From the IMG/VR virus record IMGVR_UViG_2654587792_000015: a stretch of DNA of 8,026 bases; one strand, given 5' to 3'. Below the pieces are notes generated by a model. The model saw only the letters and a program-made list of their open reading frames with translations, did no database searches and was not told where the DNA came from. The DNA comes from a virus (taxonomy: Duplodnaviria > Heunggongvirae > Uroviricota > Caudoviricetes). Each line of letters begins with the position of its first letter. Position 1 is the first letter of the stretch. Shown here one piece after another: positions 7,508 through 8,026 of the stretch. Both the position numbers and the translations under genes were made by a program.

Positions 7508-8026
7508 ATGCGTAAAGTTTGTGCAGCCATTTTGTCCGCAGCCATCTGTCTGTCCGTATCCGGTGCGCCTGCATGGGCGTCTGAACATCAGTCCACACTG
7601 AGCGCGGGGTATCTTCATGCCCGTACGAACGCTCCCGGCAGCGATAATCTGAACGGGATTAACGTGAAATACCGTTATGAGTTTACGGACGCGCTGGGGC
7701 TGATTACGTCCTTCAGTTATGCCAATGCTGAGGATGAGCAAAAAACGCACTACAGCGATACCCGCTGGCATGAAGATTCCGTGCGTAACCGCTGGTTCAG
7801 CGTGATGGCGGGGCCGTCTGTGCGCGTGAATGAATGGTTCAGCGCGTATGCGATGGTGGGTGTGGCTTACAGCCGTGTGTCGACTTTCTCCGGGGATTAT
7901 CTCCGCGTAACTGACAACAAGGGGAAAACGCACGATGTGCTGACCGGAAGTGATGACGGTCGCCACAGCAACACCTCTCTGGCGTGGGGAGCTGGCGTGC
8001 AGTTTAACCCGACCGAATCCGTGGCC
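7508..8026 (+). CDS. lom: Lom-like outer membrane protein (Ail/Lom/PagC/OmpX family), 5' part; the 3' end lies beyond the window
   Basis: ATG 7508 preceded by GAGAGG (7497-7502). The frame is open to the end of the window (173 codons): MRKVCAAILSAAICLSVSGAPAWA-SEHQ... The N-terminus is a typical signal peptide with an A-x-A cleavage site; GINVKYRYEF and the alternating aromatic/hydrophobic strands are characteristic of the Lom/Ail beta-barrel family. It occupies the position immediately downstream of J, as lom does in lambda. It is absent from the ORF track because no stop occurs within the window. Confidence 0.8.
   Translation, partial: MRKVCAAILSAAICLSVSGAPAWASEHQSTLSAGYLHARTNAPGSDNLNGINVKYRYEFTDALGLITSFSYANAEDEQKTHYSDTRWHEDSVRNRWFSVMAGPSVRVNEWFSAYAMVGVAYSRVSTFSGDYLRVTDNKGKTHDVLTGSDDGRHSNTSLAWGAGVQFNPTESVA

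Noticed and set aside
7433-7966. 177-aa reverse-strand ORF antisense to the lom-like gene and the J terminator
   Set aside because: It overlaps the signal-peptide-bearing lom-like ORF and the terminator hairpin; the forward-strand gene has a ribosome-binding site, signal peptide and family motifs, and the reverse one has none.
1-8026. CRISPR arrays, tRNA or rRNA genes, insertion-sequence ends, toxin-antitoxin or defence-system gene pairs
   Set aside because: I found no direct-repeat and spacer periodicity, no cloverleaf-like conserved tRNA motifs, and no terminal inverted repeats. All substantial coding capacity is accounted for by H-M-L-K-I-J-lom on one strand.

Overview
This 8,026-bp window is a tightly packed, single-strand (+) tail-tip morphogenesis module of a lambdoid prophage, in phage lambda gene order: the C-terminal part of a tape measure gene (H-like), then M, L, K, I, J (host-specificity protein), an intrinsic terminator, and the 5' part of a lom-like outer-membrane protein gene that runs off the window. 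Gene identities rest on my recognising the translated ORFs as close relatives of lambda gpM/gpL/gpK/gpI/gpJ/Lom (from memory, not a database search), on the conserved gene order, and on coupled stop/start junctions. As given, L, I and J are each broken by a single-nucleotide +1 frame disruption, and the H-like ORF is only about 490 codons with stop codons in all three forward frames upstream of it. The module therefore looks like part of a defective, decaying prophage, or else the sequence carries indel errors; I cannot tell which from sequence alone. I see no CRISPR array, no tRNA or rRNA, no obvious insertion sequence, and no evidence of a novel defence or other undescribed system. The long reverse-strand ORFs are best explained as antisense shadows of the tail genes. 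The most checkable points are the three frame disruptions, the truncated tape measure gene, the apparently divergent C-terminal region of J, and the lom-like cargo gene.
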